Both the position numbers and the translations under genes were made by a program. Shown piece by piece: positions 38,250-47,757 of a stretch of 64,000 nucleotides of DNA. Source of the stretch: Bacteroidota bacterium (GTDB lineage: Bacteria > Bacteroidota > Bacteroidia > 2-12-FULL-35-15); contig JAZKBF010000010.1 in the NCBI GenBank assembly GCA_040388745.1, positions 56,339-120,338 on the forward strand, written 5' to 3'. Position 1 is the stretch's first letter, and each line of letters opens with the position of its first letter. The notes below the pieces were generated by a model that saw nothing but the letters and a program-made list of their open reading frames with translations, ran no database searches and was not told where the DNA came from.

Positions 38250-40331
38250 TTATAAATCAGCATTTTGGTGATACACTACTCCTGAAATATTAAATGCAGT
38301 ACCTGTTGGATTAACAAACCATCCGGATACGGAAAATCCAATAAAATAATTTGATCCGTTAGGGTTAAGCCTGATTACTACAAAGCCATCGGTGCTAAGG
38401 TATTGAGAACTGATAACTCCCGCTGAGTGGTCAACGTTTTGATTGCTGATAATTGTTCCAGTACCGCCATATGCATAACCTACTGCTTCAGAATTAATTG
38501 CTTTTGCTGTTCCATAATTATATCCTTCCACTAAAATACGATACATGATGCTTGCGCAGGTAATATTGGTTTTTATATGTATCATTACATTTGTATTATC
38601 TGTAGTGTTCCAGGTAAGGAAATCCCGCTTAACCTTTCCGCTTTGCGTTGCCAGATCACCATTAACCTGTAATTTTGATAACGGGGCTGTAGCTCCAATA
38701 CCCACATTTCCATTGTCCAAAACGGTCATTCTCACCTGTGGACCTGTAGCATAACTGTTTGTTGTTGCAAAGTGCATGGTAGTTCCTGGAGAGTTATGCT
38801 GATAAACATAAATGCCAGCCTGAGCGTTATCCACCCCTGCCTGGCTGAACGTTAGTCCACTTGACATCCCTGACGTTGCCATTCTAATGTTAATTGCTCC
38901 TTTGGCACTTGTCCCCATATTAGGGTAACTGTAATTTCCTTCCTGTGCAACTGTTAGTGGAGCCCCCGGGCTACTTGAAGCGATACCCACATTTCCATTA
39001 TCTAAAATAACCATGCGCTCATTGGTAGTAGAACCAGCCGTATATGTGGTAAGCCCGGTATGGAATGCCAGTTTAGCGGTTCCGGCAGGAGCTATTGCAT
39101 AAATCCTGGAACTATTATCCACTCCTAAATTTGCAAGGGTCATAAATTGGCTCTCCGGGCCTCCTTCACCAATCTTTATCGACATAGTAGCAGTGCCGCC
39201 TCCGGAGTTTTGAAAATGTGCCATTACATCACCATTGTTATTGGCTTTTGATAGGTGAAGGAGGTTATCTGGTGCTGTTGTTCCTATGCCTACATAGCCG
39301 TTCTCCGAAATAGTCATTCTTACCTGGGCAGTGTCGCCTCCTTTTGCAATGGAATTTGTTAGAAACTGGAGGTAGGTATCCCAAGAGGTTCCACGATAAG
39401 CTCTTATTCTTGCAGAGCCAGCTGCGGCAAAGCCCCATTGCAGATCTTGGGCGCTGTTAGAATTAAGTGGTGTATTCGGCCCCCAAATTTTTATTGCAGT
39501 AGCAGCAGTCGTTTGTCCTTCTGCACCAGCTTTCACTTCAAGCTTAGCCCCAGGACTAGCTGTTCCAATACCAACATAACCGTCATTTCGGAGTGTGAAC
39601 AGGGTAGGCTCTGTGAGTAAGCCATATCGGAAGTCAAGGAAAGCAAAAGCCGATATATCACGTGCAATAATATTGAAAGGCCCTCCAGTATGGCCATATG
39701 GTTGTATAGCTAGCCTGGCTTTTTCTCCTAAGGTGTTTGGTGCAGCTAACTGAGTCCCGATATGTACTTCTGCATTTCCATCAATATCTTCAAATCCGTT
39801 AAATCCTGTGCTGGCTATGGTTAATTTGGAGGCAGGATTCAATATTCCGATACCGACATTACCTACTGAATCAATAATAAACCGTTGGATATTGTTTGTG
39901 CGGAAGCGCAATGAAATATTATCTTTTGTTCCTAAAAAGTTAGGTCCTCCTGTGGTACCCGTATTGCCCGTAAGCATCCATGCGGTTCCGGGGGAACCGC
40001 CATTTAGTAATTGAACCCAAACAGGTGAACCGGAAGTCCCCGAATTATAGTAGTAACCAACAACCGGCAAACCACCGCTGCCGGTATGATATACAAGCAA
40101 ACTGGTTGCAGGATTGGTAATGGTTGTTGCATCTGTTGACGAAACCAGGGCCATGCGCGGGATAAGCAGCCCTTTATTGTTACCTGGCGCTGCATCAATA
40201 TCCAGCAATGATGAGGAATTCGGTACTGCACCAGAAGTGTTTATCCCAATGTTTTGGGCTGTGCAGTTCGTTTTATGTACTAGCTGACTTGTTGTTAAAA
40301 ATAATAGTATGAGTATTCTGCTAAGTTTCAT
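38250..40331 (-). CDS. Secreted tail-fibre-like protein with VGIG repeats
   Basis: 693 aa. N-module SSLLDI...KGLLIPRM, five [NY]VGI[GA] repeats, distinct C-terminal tip domain (HIKTN...VEGYNYG). Confidence 0.8.
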   Translation of the reverse strand: MKLSRILILLFLTTSQLVHKTNCTAQNIGINTSGAVPNSSSLLDIDAAPGNNKGLLIPRMALVSSTDATTITNPATSLLVYHTGSGGLPVVGYYYNSGTSGSPVWVQLLNGGSPGTAWMLTGNTGTTGGPNFLGTKDNISLRFRTNNIQRFIIDSVGNVGIGILNPASKLTIASTGFNGFEDIDGNAEVHIGTQLAAPNTLGEKARLAIQPYGHTGGPFNIIARDISAFAFLDFRYGLLTEPTLFTLRNDGYVGIGTASPGAKLEVKAGAEGQTTAATAIKIWGPNTPLNSNSAQDLQWGFAAAGSARIRAYRGTSWDTYLQFLTNSIAKGGDTAQVRMTISENGYVGIGTTAPDNLLHLSKANNNGDVMAHFQNSGGGTATMSIKIGEGGPESQFMTLANLGVDNSSRIYAIAPAGTAKLAFHTGLTTYTAGSTTNERMVILDNGNVGIASSSPGAPLTVAQEGNYSYPNMGTSAKGAINIRMATSGMSSGLTFSQAGVDNAQAGIYVYQHNSPGTTMHFATTNSYATGPQVRMTVLDNGNVGIGATAPLSKLQVNGDLATQSGKVKRDFLTWNTTDNTNVMIHIKTNITCASIMYRILVEGYNYGTAKAINSEAVGYAYGGTGTIISNQNVDHSAGVISSQYLSTDGFVVIRLNPNGSNYFIGFSVSGWFVNPTGTAFNISGVVYHQNADL

Positions 40332-40539
40332 AATACTAAATTCAAGACAGTTTTAATGTTTCTTTATTACAACCAGTGTTTTACGTAAAAACTACCAATT
40401 TTGTTGCAATATTAGCTTGGAATATCTTTAATAAAATTAAAAAATATTTATTTTTTATCGAGGTCAATTCAACGAGAAATGAAGAATAGGTAACATTGCT
40501 GCAATAGGGAAGGATAATTTATTCAGTATTAATTTATGC

Positions 40540-41439
40540 TCATATTTTCTCAGTCAAATTTTGCTCCCTGTATTTTTCATACAATTGATGCACAATACCA
40601 TCGGAAAGGCCAATTTGAGGGACAATTATTTTATCTATTTCTGCATTTTTCAATACACTGAGTAAAATTTTAGAAGCAGGAATAATAACATCAGCCCGGT
40701 CGGGATTTAATCCTAAAATTTTTATGCGTTCTTCATACGTATAAGATTCAAGTAATTCGTAAAGGCCTTTTAATTTGGAAGTTGCAAAGGGTTTGTTCAG
40801 CTTCCTGCCCGACATTCTATACAGTTTATTAATATTTCCTCCCGAACCAATTGCTAATAATGGCTTGTAACCTTTTGTGATCTCCTTTACCCAGTTTTTA
40901 AAATAGTTCCAATATTCTTTATCAATTTGATTGTGAAGCATACGGATGGTTCCAATGTTAAAAGACTGAGAAACTACCGCTTTATTTTTTGAGAACAAGG
41001 TGATCTCAGTGCTGCCACCACCAATATCTATATAGAGATATGCATTGTTCTTATCCAGCTGTTCTTCAATATGATTAGAGTAGATAATATCGGCCTCAGT
41101 TTTCCCGTCAATAATTTCAATTTTTATTCCAGCCTCTTTTCTAACTCTTTCAATGATATCCCAGCGATTTTCTGCATCACGCATGGCCGAAGTGGCGCAA
41201 GCACGATAATCGATAGCATCATAAACATCAATTAAATGTTTAAATGCTTTCATGGATGTTACCAGTTTATCAACTTTTTTTTCGGAGATTTTACCGTTTA
41301 AGAAAGAATCTTCACCCAAACGTAGGGGAATACGAATCAATTCAGCTTTTTTAAAATAAGTTACGCCATTGTCATCGTAAACATTGCTAAACAATAGCCG
41401 TACTGCGTTGGAACCTATATCAATTGCTGCAAATTTCAC
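40540..41439 (-). CDS. ppx: Exopolyphosphatase (Ppx/GppA family)
   Basis: AIDIGSNAVRL, ATSAMRDA, DIGGGSTE, GLSDG. Confidence 0.92.
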   Translation of the reverse strand: MKFAAIDIGSNAVRLLFSNVYDDNGVTYFKKAELIRIPLRLGEDSFLNGKISEKKVDKLVTSMKAFKHLIDVYDAIDYRACATSAMRDAENRWDIIERVRKEAGIKIEIIDGKTEADIIYSNHIEEQLDKNNAYLYIDIGGGSTEITLFSKNKAVVSQSFNIGTIRMLHNQIDKEYWNYFKNWVKEITKGYKPLLAIGSGGNINKLYRMSGRKLNKPFATSKLKGLYELLESYTYEERIKILGLNPDRADVIIPASKILLSVLKNAEIDKIIVPQIGLSDGIVHQLYEKYREQNLTEKI

Positions 41440-41447
41440 CGATGTAT

Positions 41448-43526
41448 CTAATTCTTTTTAGAGGTTAACAAATTATAGGTAGCTTCTTGTGCACGTACTT
41501 TTTGCTTGTTGTTTATTTTTCTGTATTCATTATTTTGTTCAGTTCCTAAGATCCTGGCTTTTGTATTATCTGCCCAAAGCATATCAATAATTTTTCTTAT
41601 TTGAGCCTGAATCGCGATATCGTAAATCGGGACTGCAACTTCTGAACGGAAATCAAAATTCCTTGCCATCCAGTCGGCCGAAGATAAAAAATATTTTTCA
41701 TCACCACCGTTATAAAATATTAACACACGGCTATGCTCCAAAAAACGATCAACAATACTTATCGCCTCAATATTTTCACTCAATCCTTTCACCCCTGCTA
41801 CCAATGAACAGATCCCCCTGATTATTAATTTAATTTTTACACCTGCGGCACTTGCTTCGTATAATTTTTTGATCATTTCGGGATCAACCAGATTATTCAA
41901 TTTTAAAATAATGGATGCGGGCTTGTTTTTTTTAGCATTCTGAATCTCTTTATTAATAAGCTGTATGATCTCTTTTCTCATAAAAAATGGAGAAACCAGT
42001 AAATGTTTGTATGTGCCAGTTTTTAAATTATCTGAATAAAAAGAAAATACTTTAGCTACTTCGTCAGTAATCCGTTTATCTGCTGTAAGTAAGCTATGAT
42101 CAGTATATACACCTGCGGTATCACGGTTAAAATTGCCTGTACCAACATGGGCATAATTAAAAGTTTTGTTACCCTCTTTACGAGTTATTAAAAACATTTT
42201 GGTATGCACTTTTAATCCGGGTACACCATAAATTACTTTGGCGCCTTCTTCCTGCAGTTTGTTTGCCCAATAAATATTTGCCTCCTCATCAAAGCGTGCC
42301 TGAAGTTCAACAACAGCTGTTACCTGTTTGCCATTTTTAATAGCATTAATAAGTGCTTTAACAATACTTGAATTTTTTGCAACCCGATACAATGTAATTT
42401 TGATCGATTGAACTTTGGGATCAATGGAAGCCTCCCGCAACAAATCAATGATATGATCAAAGGATTGATACGGATAGGTTAACAGCACATCCTTTTTTTT
42501 GAGAATTTTAAAAAAACTTGGCTGATCCTTTACTGATTGCCCATCCGGAAGGTCCGGATGTTTTAAAGGGATTATTTTTTTGTAACTCAAATCAGGACTC
42601 CCAATATTTGGGAATGAAATAAAATCTTTAAAATTATGATAACGGCCACCCGGTATTGGATTATCCTCTTTACCGAGCTTTACTTTTTTCATTACAAAAG
42701 CCAGCATATCAGGAGCTATTTGGCTATCATAAACCAATCGGACAGGTTGTCCTTTTTTTCTATCTTTTAATCCTTTTGATATTTTTTCAACGAAACTTTT
42801 GGAAAGATCATTATCCATATCAATTTCGGCATCTCTTGTTATCTTAATGTTATAGGCCTCAATATAATCGTATATAAAATTGTTAAATACATCTTCCAAA
42901 CAATAACGGATAACGTCATCTAATAAAATAATAATTTTTTTTTCTTTTTCCTTTGGTAATACCACAAAGCGGGATATAGCATTGGTTGGTACTTCTATTA
43001 ATGCATATTTATTTTTTTTCGCATTTTCATTGCGCCCGAGTTTGATAATGAGATAACCGGATTTATCTTTTAGAAAAGGGAATTTAGATGCATTATCAAC
43101 CATTATCGGAAAAAGGGAGGGCATCACCGTATCATGAAAAAATTTCTTTACAAATACACCTTGCTCTTTTGTAATTTGCTTTTCATTGATGATAGAAATA
43201 TTATTTCGTCCAAGTTCTTTAATTAATTTTTGATAAACCTGTTCGAACTTTATTTGTTGCTCAATAACAACTTTTTGAATTTTATTCAGGAGAGGCTCAG
43301 GATTTACTCCTGTAAGTTTTTCTGTTTTTTTTGGGTATCTGACAATTCGCTTTAAAGTAGCCACTCTAACACGAAAAAATTCATCGCGGTTATTGGAAAA
43401 GATGCCCAAAAATTTTATACGATCAATTAAAGGAACTGTTTTGTCTTCGGCTTCCTGCAACACACGCTCATTAAAAGATAACCAACTTAACTCACGATTG
43501 ATCAATACTGTTTTTTTATTTATCAT
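41448..43526 (-). CDS. ppk1: Polyphosphate kinase 1
   Basis: NRELSWLSFNERVL, PGGRYHN, ELQARFDEE, SIVDRFLEHSR, SSADWMARN. Confidence 0.96.
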   Translation of the reverse strand: MINKKTVLINRELSWLSFNERVLQEAEDKTVPLIDRIKFLGIFSNNRDEFFRVRVATLKRIVRYPKKTEKLTGVNPEPLLNKIQKVVIEQQIKFEQVYQKLIKELGRNNISIINEKQITKEQGVFVKKFFHDTVMPSLFPIMVDNASKFPFLKDKSGYLIIKLGRNENAKKNKYALIEVPTNAISRFVVLPKEKEKKIIILLDDVIRYCLEDVFNNFIYDYIEAYNIKITRDAEIDMDNDLSKSFVEKISKGLKDRKKGQPVRLVYDSQIAPDMLAFVMKKVKLGKEDNPIPGGRYHNFKDFISFPNIGSPDLSYKKIIPLKHPDLPDGQSVKDQPSFFKILKKKDVLLTYPYQSFDHIIDLLREASIDPKVQSIKITLYRVAKNSSIVKALINAIKNGKQVTAVVELQARFDEEANIYWANKLQEEGAKVIYGVPGLKVHTKMFLITRKEGNKTFNYAHVGTGNFNRDTAGVYTDHSLLTADKRITDEVAKVFSFYSDNLKTGTYKHLLVSPFFMRKEIIQLINKEIQNAKKNKPASIILKLNNLVDPEMIKKLYEASAAGVKIKLIIRGICSLVAGVKGLSENIEAISIVDRFLEHSRVLIFYNGGDEKYFLSSADWMARNFDFRSEVAVPIYDIAIQAQIRKIIDMLWADNTKARILGTEQNNEYRKINNKQKVRAQEATYNLLTSKKN

Positions 43527-43583
43527 TCTTCACAACATTCCAGGTTTCATTTTCAAATTCGGTATACAGATAAAAATTTTCAG

Positions 43584-43618
43584 GTTTCAGGTTCTGTAGA
43601 TAGCACAGAACCTGAAAC
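43584..43618. repeat. 14-bp perfect hairpin built on AAACCTG heptamers
   Basis: GTTTCAGGTTCTGT-AGATAGC-ACAGAACCTGAAAC, with an extra TTTCAGG unit upstream. Confidence 0.7.
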
Positions 43619-43648
43619 AAAAAAATATAATATTGCTACATAAAATTT

Positions 43649-43927
43649 TTATTTCTTTTTAATTTTTATCAAACTTTTTTTATCGGAAGGAGCCATAACC
43701 TTTTTTATAGGAATAATGACTTTTTTTACAATCCTGATTGGAGTTATAACTTTGTTTTCAGTAAGAGATTGCATGTTTTTCAGAAATTTTTTCGCTACCA
43801 TTTTTGAAGCTTCATTTGTAGTTTTTCTGATCTTTTTTGCAACTTCAACATTTCTTTTACTCAAAACCTCTTCAAGAGATTTTGTTAATGTAAGTTCAAG
43901 TTCTTTGCGTAATTCTTTTTTGCTCAT
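43649..43927 (-). CDS. Small Lys-rich hypothetical protein
   Basis: 92 aa, strongly basic, helical N-terminal half; co-oriented upstream of ppk1. Confidence 0.65.
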   Translation of the reverse strand: MSKKELRKELELTLTKSLEEVLSKRNVEVAKKIRKTTNEASKMVAKKFLKNMQSLTENKVITPIRIVKKVIIPIKKVMAPSDKKSLIKIKKK

Positions 43928-44175
43928 GTTGTTTATAATTAATAAGGGTTAATTAATGCGTGCAAAATTAGTGGTAAAACCCATAAAAAAACAAATACAA
44001 TTTTAATAAATTAAAACCTTAACAATTAGTTAACTAGTGTTTTCAGGTTTTCTTTCGTTGTGTCCTTGATCACTCCGACCCTGTTTCGGGCTCTCATGGA
44101 GTTACTGAAAGCACTGATAGCCATCCGGGCAGGCAAGTTCAGCGAAATCCAGTTGATGTATGATTGTTATCACAC

Positions 44176-44685
44176 TTACTGTTTCTCGATGTGATTTTTT
44201 GGAAAGTCATACAAGATAAGTTCTCCATTCGTATCATTAAAGCATTTCCATTCTTTACAATTTTCGGACTGACGGATGCCAACAATACCACAAGTAGCAA
44301 TGGTTTCAGTAAATGTTTTTGTTAAGCTATTCGCCAGATCTGAGATTGTTGGATTATGACCAAATAGCATAATGCTACTATAGCGGCTATCTATTTTTGA
44401 GAAACTACTTTTATACTGTTGTACGTTAGTTTCATATAAGTTCGAATCAATAACAATATCTGAATAATTAAAATTAAAATTTTTGCAAAATATAAGAGCT
44501 GTAGTAATGGCTCTTATGGCCGGACTTGTAATAATCAGATCGGGCAGCAGTTTTTTTTCTTTCATCAAACCACTCATAAAATGGGCATCGCGATAGCCTC
44601 TTTTATTCAATGGCCTGTCAATATCAGAAAGATCCTCATCAGCCCAATCAGATTTTGCATGACGAACAAGATAAAGTGTTTTCAT
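44176..44685 (-). CDS. sixA: SixA-type phosphohistidine phosphatase
   Basis: LVRHAKS, DRPL..RG, SPAIRA, FGHNP. Confidence 0.88.
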   Translation of the reverse strand: MKTLYLVRHAKSDWADEDLSDIDRPLNKRGYRDAHFMSGLMKEKKLLPDLIITSPAIRAITTALIFCKNFNFNYSDIVIDSNLYETNVQQYKSSFSKIDSRYSSIMLFGHNPTISDLANSLTKTFTETIATCGIVGIRQSENCKEWKCFNDTNGELILYDFPKNHIEKQ

Positions 44686-44724
44686 TTTATGTTAGACTTC
44701 GTTAATTTTTAATTTCTGTTTTAT

Positions 44725-44820
44725 TTGGGCGTGTCCCTTCGCTGCGCTGCGGGTCGTGCTTTCCGCTACAATCTTCCCCGATAAAAATCGGGGAAGGATT
44801 TTCGCTACAATCACTCACGC
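44725..44820 (+). repeat. Flavo-1-like structured repeat, copy 1
   Basis: TTGGGCGT...GGGTCGTGCTTTCCGCTACAATCTTCCCCG...CGGGGAAGGATTTTCGCTACAATCACTCACGC; related to the copies at 46879 and 48727. Confidence 0.6.
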
Positions 44821-44904
44821 AAACAATAGGAAATCTAAAGGCTTCGGTGTAATATGTCAGTAATTTTTTTTATTACTTTAAAACCGCTGTTAAAACAAGC
44901 TGTT

Positions 44905-45555
44905 TTAGATCTTTTTTAGATCGGCAATCGTTTGGCCTGGAGTAGCAGACGAAAACACGGTATTGCCTGCAACCAGAACGTTTGCACCAACATCAACTAA
45001 TTTTTTGTAATTGTTCATATCCACTCCACCATCAATTTCAATCAGAGCTTTTGATTTAGATGCCCGTATCATTTCTGCAATGGAAATTATTTTATGATAT
45101 GTTTTTTCTATAAATTTTTGTCCGCCAAAGCCCGGGTTTACACTCATAATACATACCAAATCAATGTCCTGAATTATTTCAGATAATAAATTAGCAGAAG
45201 TATGTGGATTGATGGCCACACCGGCCTTCATTCCCAATGCTTTTATTGCCTGGACGGTGCGGTGCAAATGCGGGCACGCTTCATAATGAACTGTTAAAAT
45301 ATCTGCTCCTGCATCCTTAAACGTTTGCAAATAACGATCAGGGTCCACGATCATCAAATGTACATCCAGTGGCTTTGTTGCATGTTTTTTTATTGCTTTA
45401 ATAACAGGGAATCCGAAAGAAATATTTGGTACAAACATTCCATCCATAATATCAACATGAAACCAATCGGCCTGGCTGTTGTTGATCATTTCAATATCAC
45501 GCTGTAAGTTGGCAAAATCGGCAGATAAGATGGATGGGGCAATTAAATGGTTCAT
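44905..45555 (-). CDS. rpe: Ribulose-phosphate 3-epimerase
   Basis: APSILSADF, HVDIMDG.FVPNISFG, DVHLMI, MSVNPGFGGQ, IDGG. Confidence 0.97.
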   Translation of the reverse strand: MNHLIAPSILSADFANLQRDIEMINNSQADWFHVDIMDGMFVPNISFGFPVIKAIKKHATKPLDVHLMIVDPDRYLQTFKDAGADILTVHYEACPHLHRTVQAIKALGMKAGVAINPHTSANLLSEIIQDIDLVCIMSVNPGFGGQKFIEKTYHKIISIAEMIRASKSKALIEIDGGVDMNNYKKLVDVGANVLVAGNTVFSSATPGQTIADLKKI

Positions 45556-45606
45556 TGGCGAGGATTAAAAAGGTGTTTGAATAAAGCTAATTGATCACAA
45601 AAGTAC

Positions 45607-45647
45607 AAAAAAAGAGCGGAAAAAGCTTGTTGCCTTTTCCGCTCTTT
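45607..45647 (-). terminator. Intrinsic terminator after the sigma factor gene
   Basis: AAAGAGCGGAAAA / TTTTCCGCTCTTT stem with a T run on the minus strand. Confidence 0.75.
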
Positions 45648-45765
45648 CAATTTAACAATTTGGTTGTAGACAATTATTCAATTTATCAATTTTTCAGTAG
45701 GCAATTGATTCCATTTTACAATTTATAATTGCCTACTGATTAATTGCCTAATTGCAAAATTAATT
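45648..45765. repeat. Heptamer-repeat hairpin element (CAGTAGGCAAT core)
   Basis: CAGTAGGCAAT at 45695-45705 / ATTGCCTACTG at 45728-45738, the same core as at 18885. Confidence 0.7.
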
Positions 45766-45770
45766 TTTAC

Positions 45771-46640
45771 CTATCCTAAGTATGTTTTTAAAATTTTGCT
45801 TCGTGAGGTTTGCTTTAATCTGCGAATTGCTTTTTCCTTGATCTGGCGAACACGCTCACGGGTAAGGCCAATTTTTTCACCGATTTCTTCCAAGGTCATG
45901 GCATGCTCACCATTTAAACCGAAGTAAAATCTCACTACATCTGCTTCCCGCGCTGTAAGTGTATATAAAGCGCGTTCAATTTCTCTGCGCAATGATTCGT
46001 GTAATAAACCAAATTCGGGGCTGGGACTGTCTTCGGACTGCATCACGTCATACATGCTGCCTGCATTATCATCTCCAGTGGTTAAAGGAGCATCCATAGA
46101 AACATGGCGGCCGGTAATTTTCATGGATTCTTTTACTTCTGTTTCTGAAATTTCAAGCATCCCTGCAATTTCTTCAGGGCTTGGCTCACGCTCAAATTCC
46201 TGCTCTAATTTGGAAAACGTTTTATTGATCTTATTTATAGAACCGATCTTATTCAGGGGTAAACGCACAATACGTGATTGTTCAGCCAATGCTTGCAGAA
46301 TAGATTGACGGATCCACCAAACGGCATAGGATATAAATTTAAAACCACGCGTTTCATCAAACCTTTGTCCGGCTTTTATCAAACCCAAATTACCTTCATT
46401 AATTAGATCGGGCAAGCTAAGGCCTTGATTTTGGTATTGTTTGGACACAGAAACAACGAAACGTAAATTGGCTTTCGTTAGTTTTTCAAGTGCTGCATGA
46501 TCACCGGCTCGTATTTTGCGGGCCAGCTCAACTTCTTCATCTGCGGTAATTAAATCGACTTTCCCTATTTCCTGTAAGTATTTGTCGAGTGATGCTGTTT
46601 CGCGGTTAGTAACCTGCTTGGAAATTTTTAGCTGCCTCAT
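45771..46640 (-). CDS. rpoD: Bacteroidota primary sigma-70 factor
   Basis: [14 protein letters not shown] start, [40 protein letters not shown]. Confidence 0.93.
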   Translation of the reverse strand: MRQLKISKQVTNRETASLDKYLQEIGKVDLITADEEVELARKIRAGDHAALEKLTKANLRFVVSVSKQYQNQGLSLPDLINEGNLGLIKAGQRFDETRGFKFISYAVWWIRQSILQALAEQSRIVRLPLNKIGSINKINKTFSKLEQEFEREPSPEEIAGMLEISETEVKESMKITGRHVSMDAPLTTGDDNAGSMYDVMQSEDSPSPEFGLLHESLRREIERALYTLTAREADVVRFYFGLNGEHAMTLEEIGEKIGLTRERVRQIKEKAIRRLKQTSRSKILKTYLG

Positions 46641-46878
46641 AAAAAGATTTAAGTTTTATTAACCACTTTAATTGACGATTAGTACGGTAAGCTTTCTAAT
46701 AATGTTTCAAATATATCTTTATTTTTACGATAAAACTTATTTTTTTGCCGATGAATTTACTGGTTACTAATAACGAATCATTACAAATCTACGAATCTGG
46801 GGTTGCCAATTACCGGAGAAATTGTTAAAGGCAAATTAATCTGTAAGTTTGCTGAACTATCTTATTCAGGCCTGTAAT

Positions 46879-46986
46879 GCCGCGTTAGGGATTGCAACGT
46901 AAATCCTTTTCTTCCGCTATTTAGCGGAAGGAAAGATTGAAGTGCAAAGCCCGGCCCTTTCTTGTTTAAGAAAGGGAACGCTCCAA
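46879..46986 (-). repeat. Flavo-1-like structured repeat, copy 2
   Basis: Reverse complement closely matches 48727-48830. Confidence 0.7.
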
Positions 46987-47058
46987 TAATTTTAATTCAA
47001 CTCTTCATTATAAATCAAAACTTACAGAAAAAAATACCAAAACCTGAGTTAATTAATA

Positions 47059-47066
47059 TATATTTG
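47059..47066 (+). promoter_or_regulatory. -7 element (TATATTTG) of pyrR-pyrB
   Basis: TAnnTTTG 10 nt before the pyrR ORF start. Confidence 0.55.
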
Positions 47067-47076
47067 TTCCCTGAAT

Positions 47077-47613
47077 ATGATGAAGCCCAGGATCATTTTA
47101 GATAGTAAACACTTCGAAATTACCGTTACCCGGCTTTGCTATCAATTAATTGAAGTACACAACGATTTTTCAGAAACTGTTATAATCGGCCTTCAACCCC
47201 GTGGTACCTTTCTTGCACAGCGCATCCAAAAAAAGCTTTCTGAAATTTTAAAGAAAAAAGATATTAAATGCGGAAGTCTTGATATTACTTTTTTTCGTGA
47301 TGATTTCCGCCAGAAAGAGTTAGTACCTACTGCCACCGAAATAGAATTTATCATTGAAAATAAAAATGTGATCCTTGTGGATGATGTGCTGTTTACCGGC
47401 CGTACTATCCGTGCAGGATTGGATGCTATGCTGGCCTTTGGCCGACCAAAAGATGTGGAGCTGTTGGTATTGATCGACCGCAGATTAAGCCGGCATTTGC
47501 CTATACAGGCAAAATATGTTGGTAAAACAATTGATTCGATCGCATCAGAAAAAGTGAAGGTAGAATGGAAAGAGACCGAGGGAGCTGATAAAGTAACGTT
47601 AATGAATTTTTGA
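47077..47613 (+). CDS. pyrR: PyrR bifunctional regulator / uracil phosphoribosyltransferase
   Basis: LDITFFRDD, ILVDDVLFTGRTIRAGLDA, IDRRLSRHLPIQ. Confidence 0.92.
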   Translation: MMKPRIILDSKHFEITVTRLCYQLIEVHNDFSETVIIGLQPRGTFLAQRIQKKLSEILKKKDIKCGSLDITFFRDDFRQKELVPTATEIEFIIENKNVILVDDVLFTGRTIRAGLDAMLAFGRPKDVELLVLIDRRLSRHLPIQAKYVGKTIDSIASEKVKVEWKETEGADKVTLMNF

Positions 47614-47615
47614 TT

Positions 47616-47745
47616 TGTTGAATTGGAGAGTTAGAGAATTAAAAAAATAGGGATTTGTAGAGTTAAAAAATTAGAGATTTGGAAAATTAAAGAAATGGAG
47701 AATTTTAAAATAAACCAACAAATCACCATTTCTCCAAATCACTAG
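47616..47745. repeat. Heptamer-repeat hairpin element between pyrR and pyrB
   Basis: GAGAATT/GAGATTT-rich left arm; AAATCACCATTTCTCCAAATCAC right arm; same family as 16237 and 20127. Confidence 0.65.
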
Positions 47746-47757
47746 ATAAATAAAGAA

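Noticed and set aside
35791-40331. Both fibre ORFs are exactly 693 aa (2082 nt)
   Set aside because: The bodies are unrelated and the start codons are uncertain. Treated as coincidence unless orthologue pairs also match in length.
44112-44150. Hammerhead ribozyme (CTGATAG...GAAA)
   Set aside because: The core does not match CUGAnGA and stems I and III cannot be formed.
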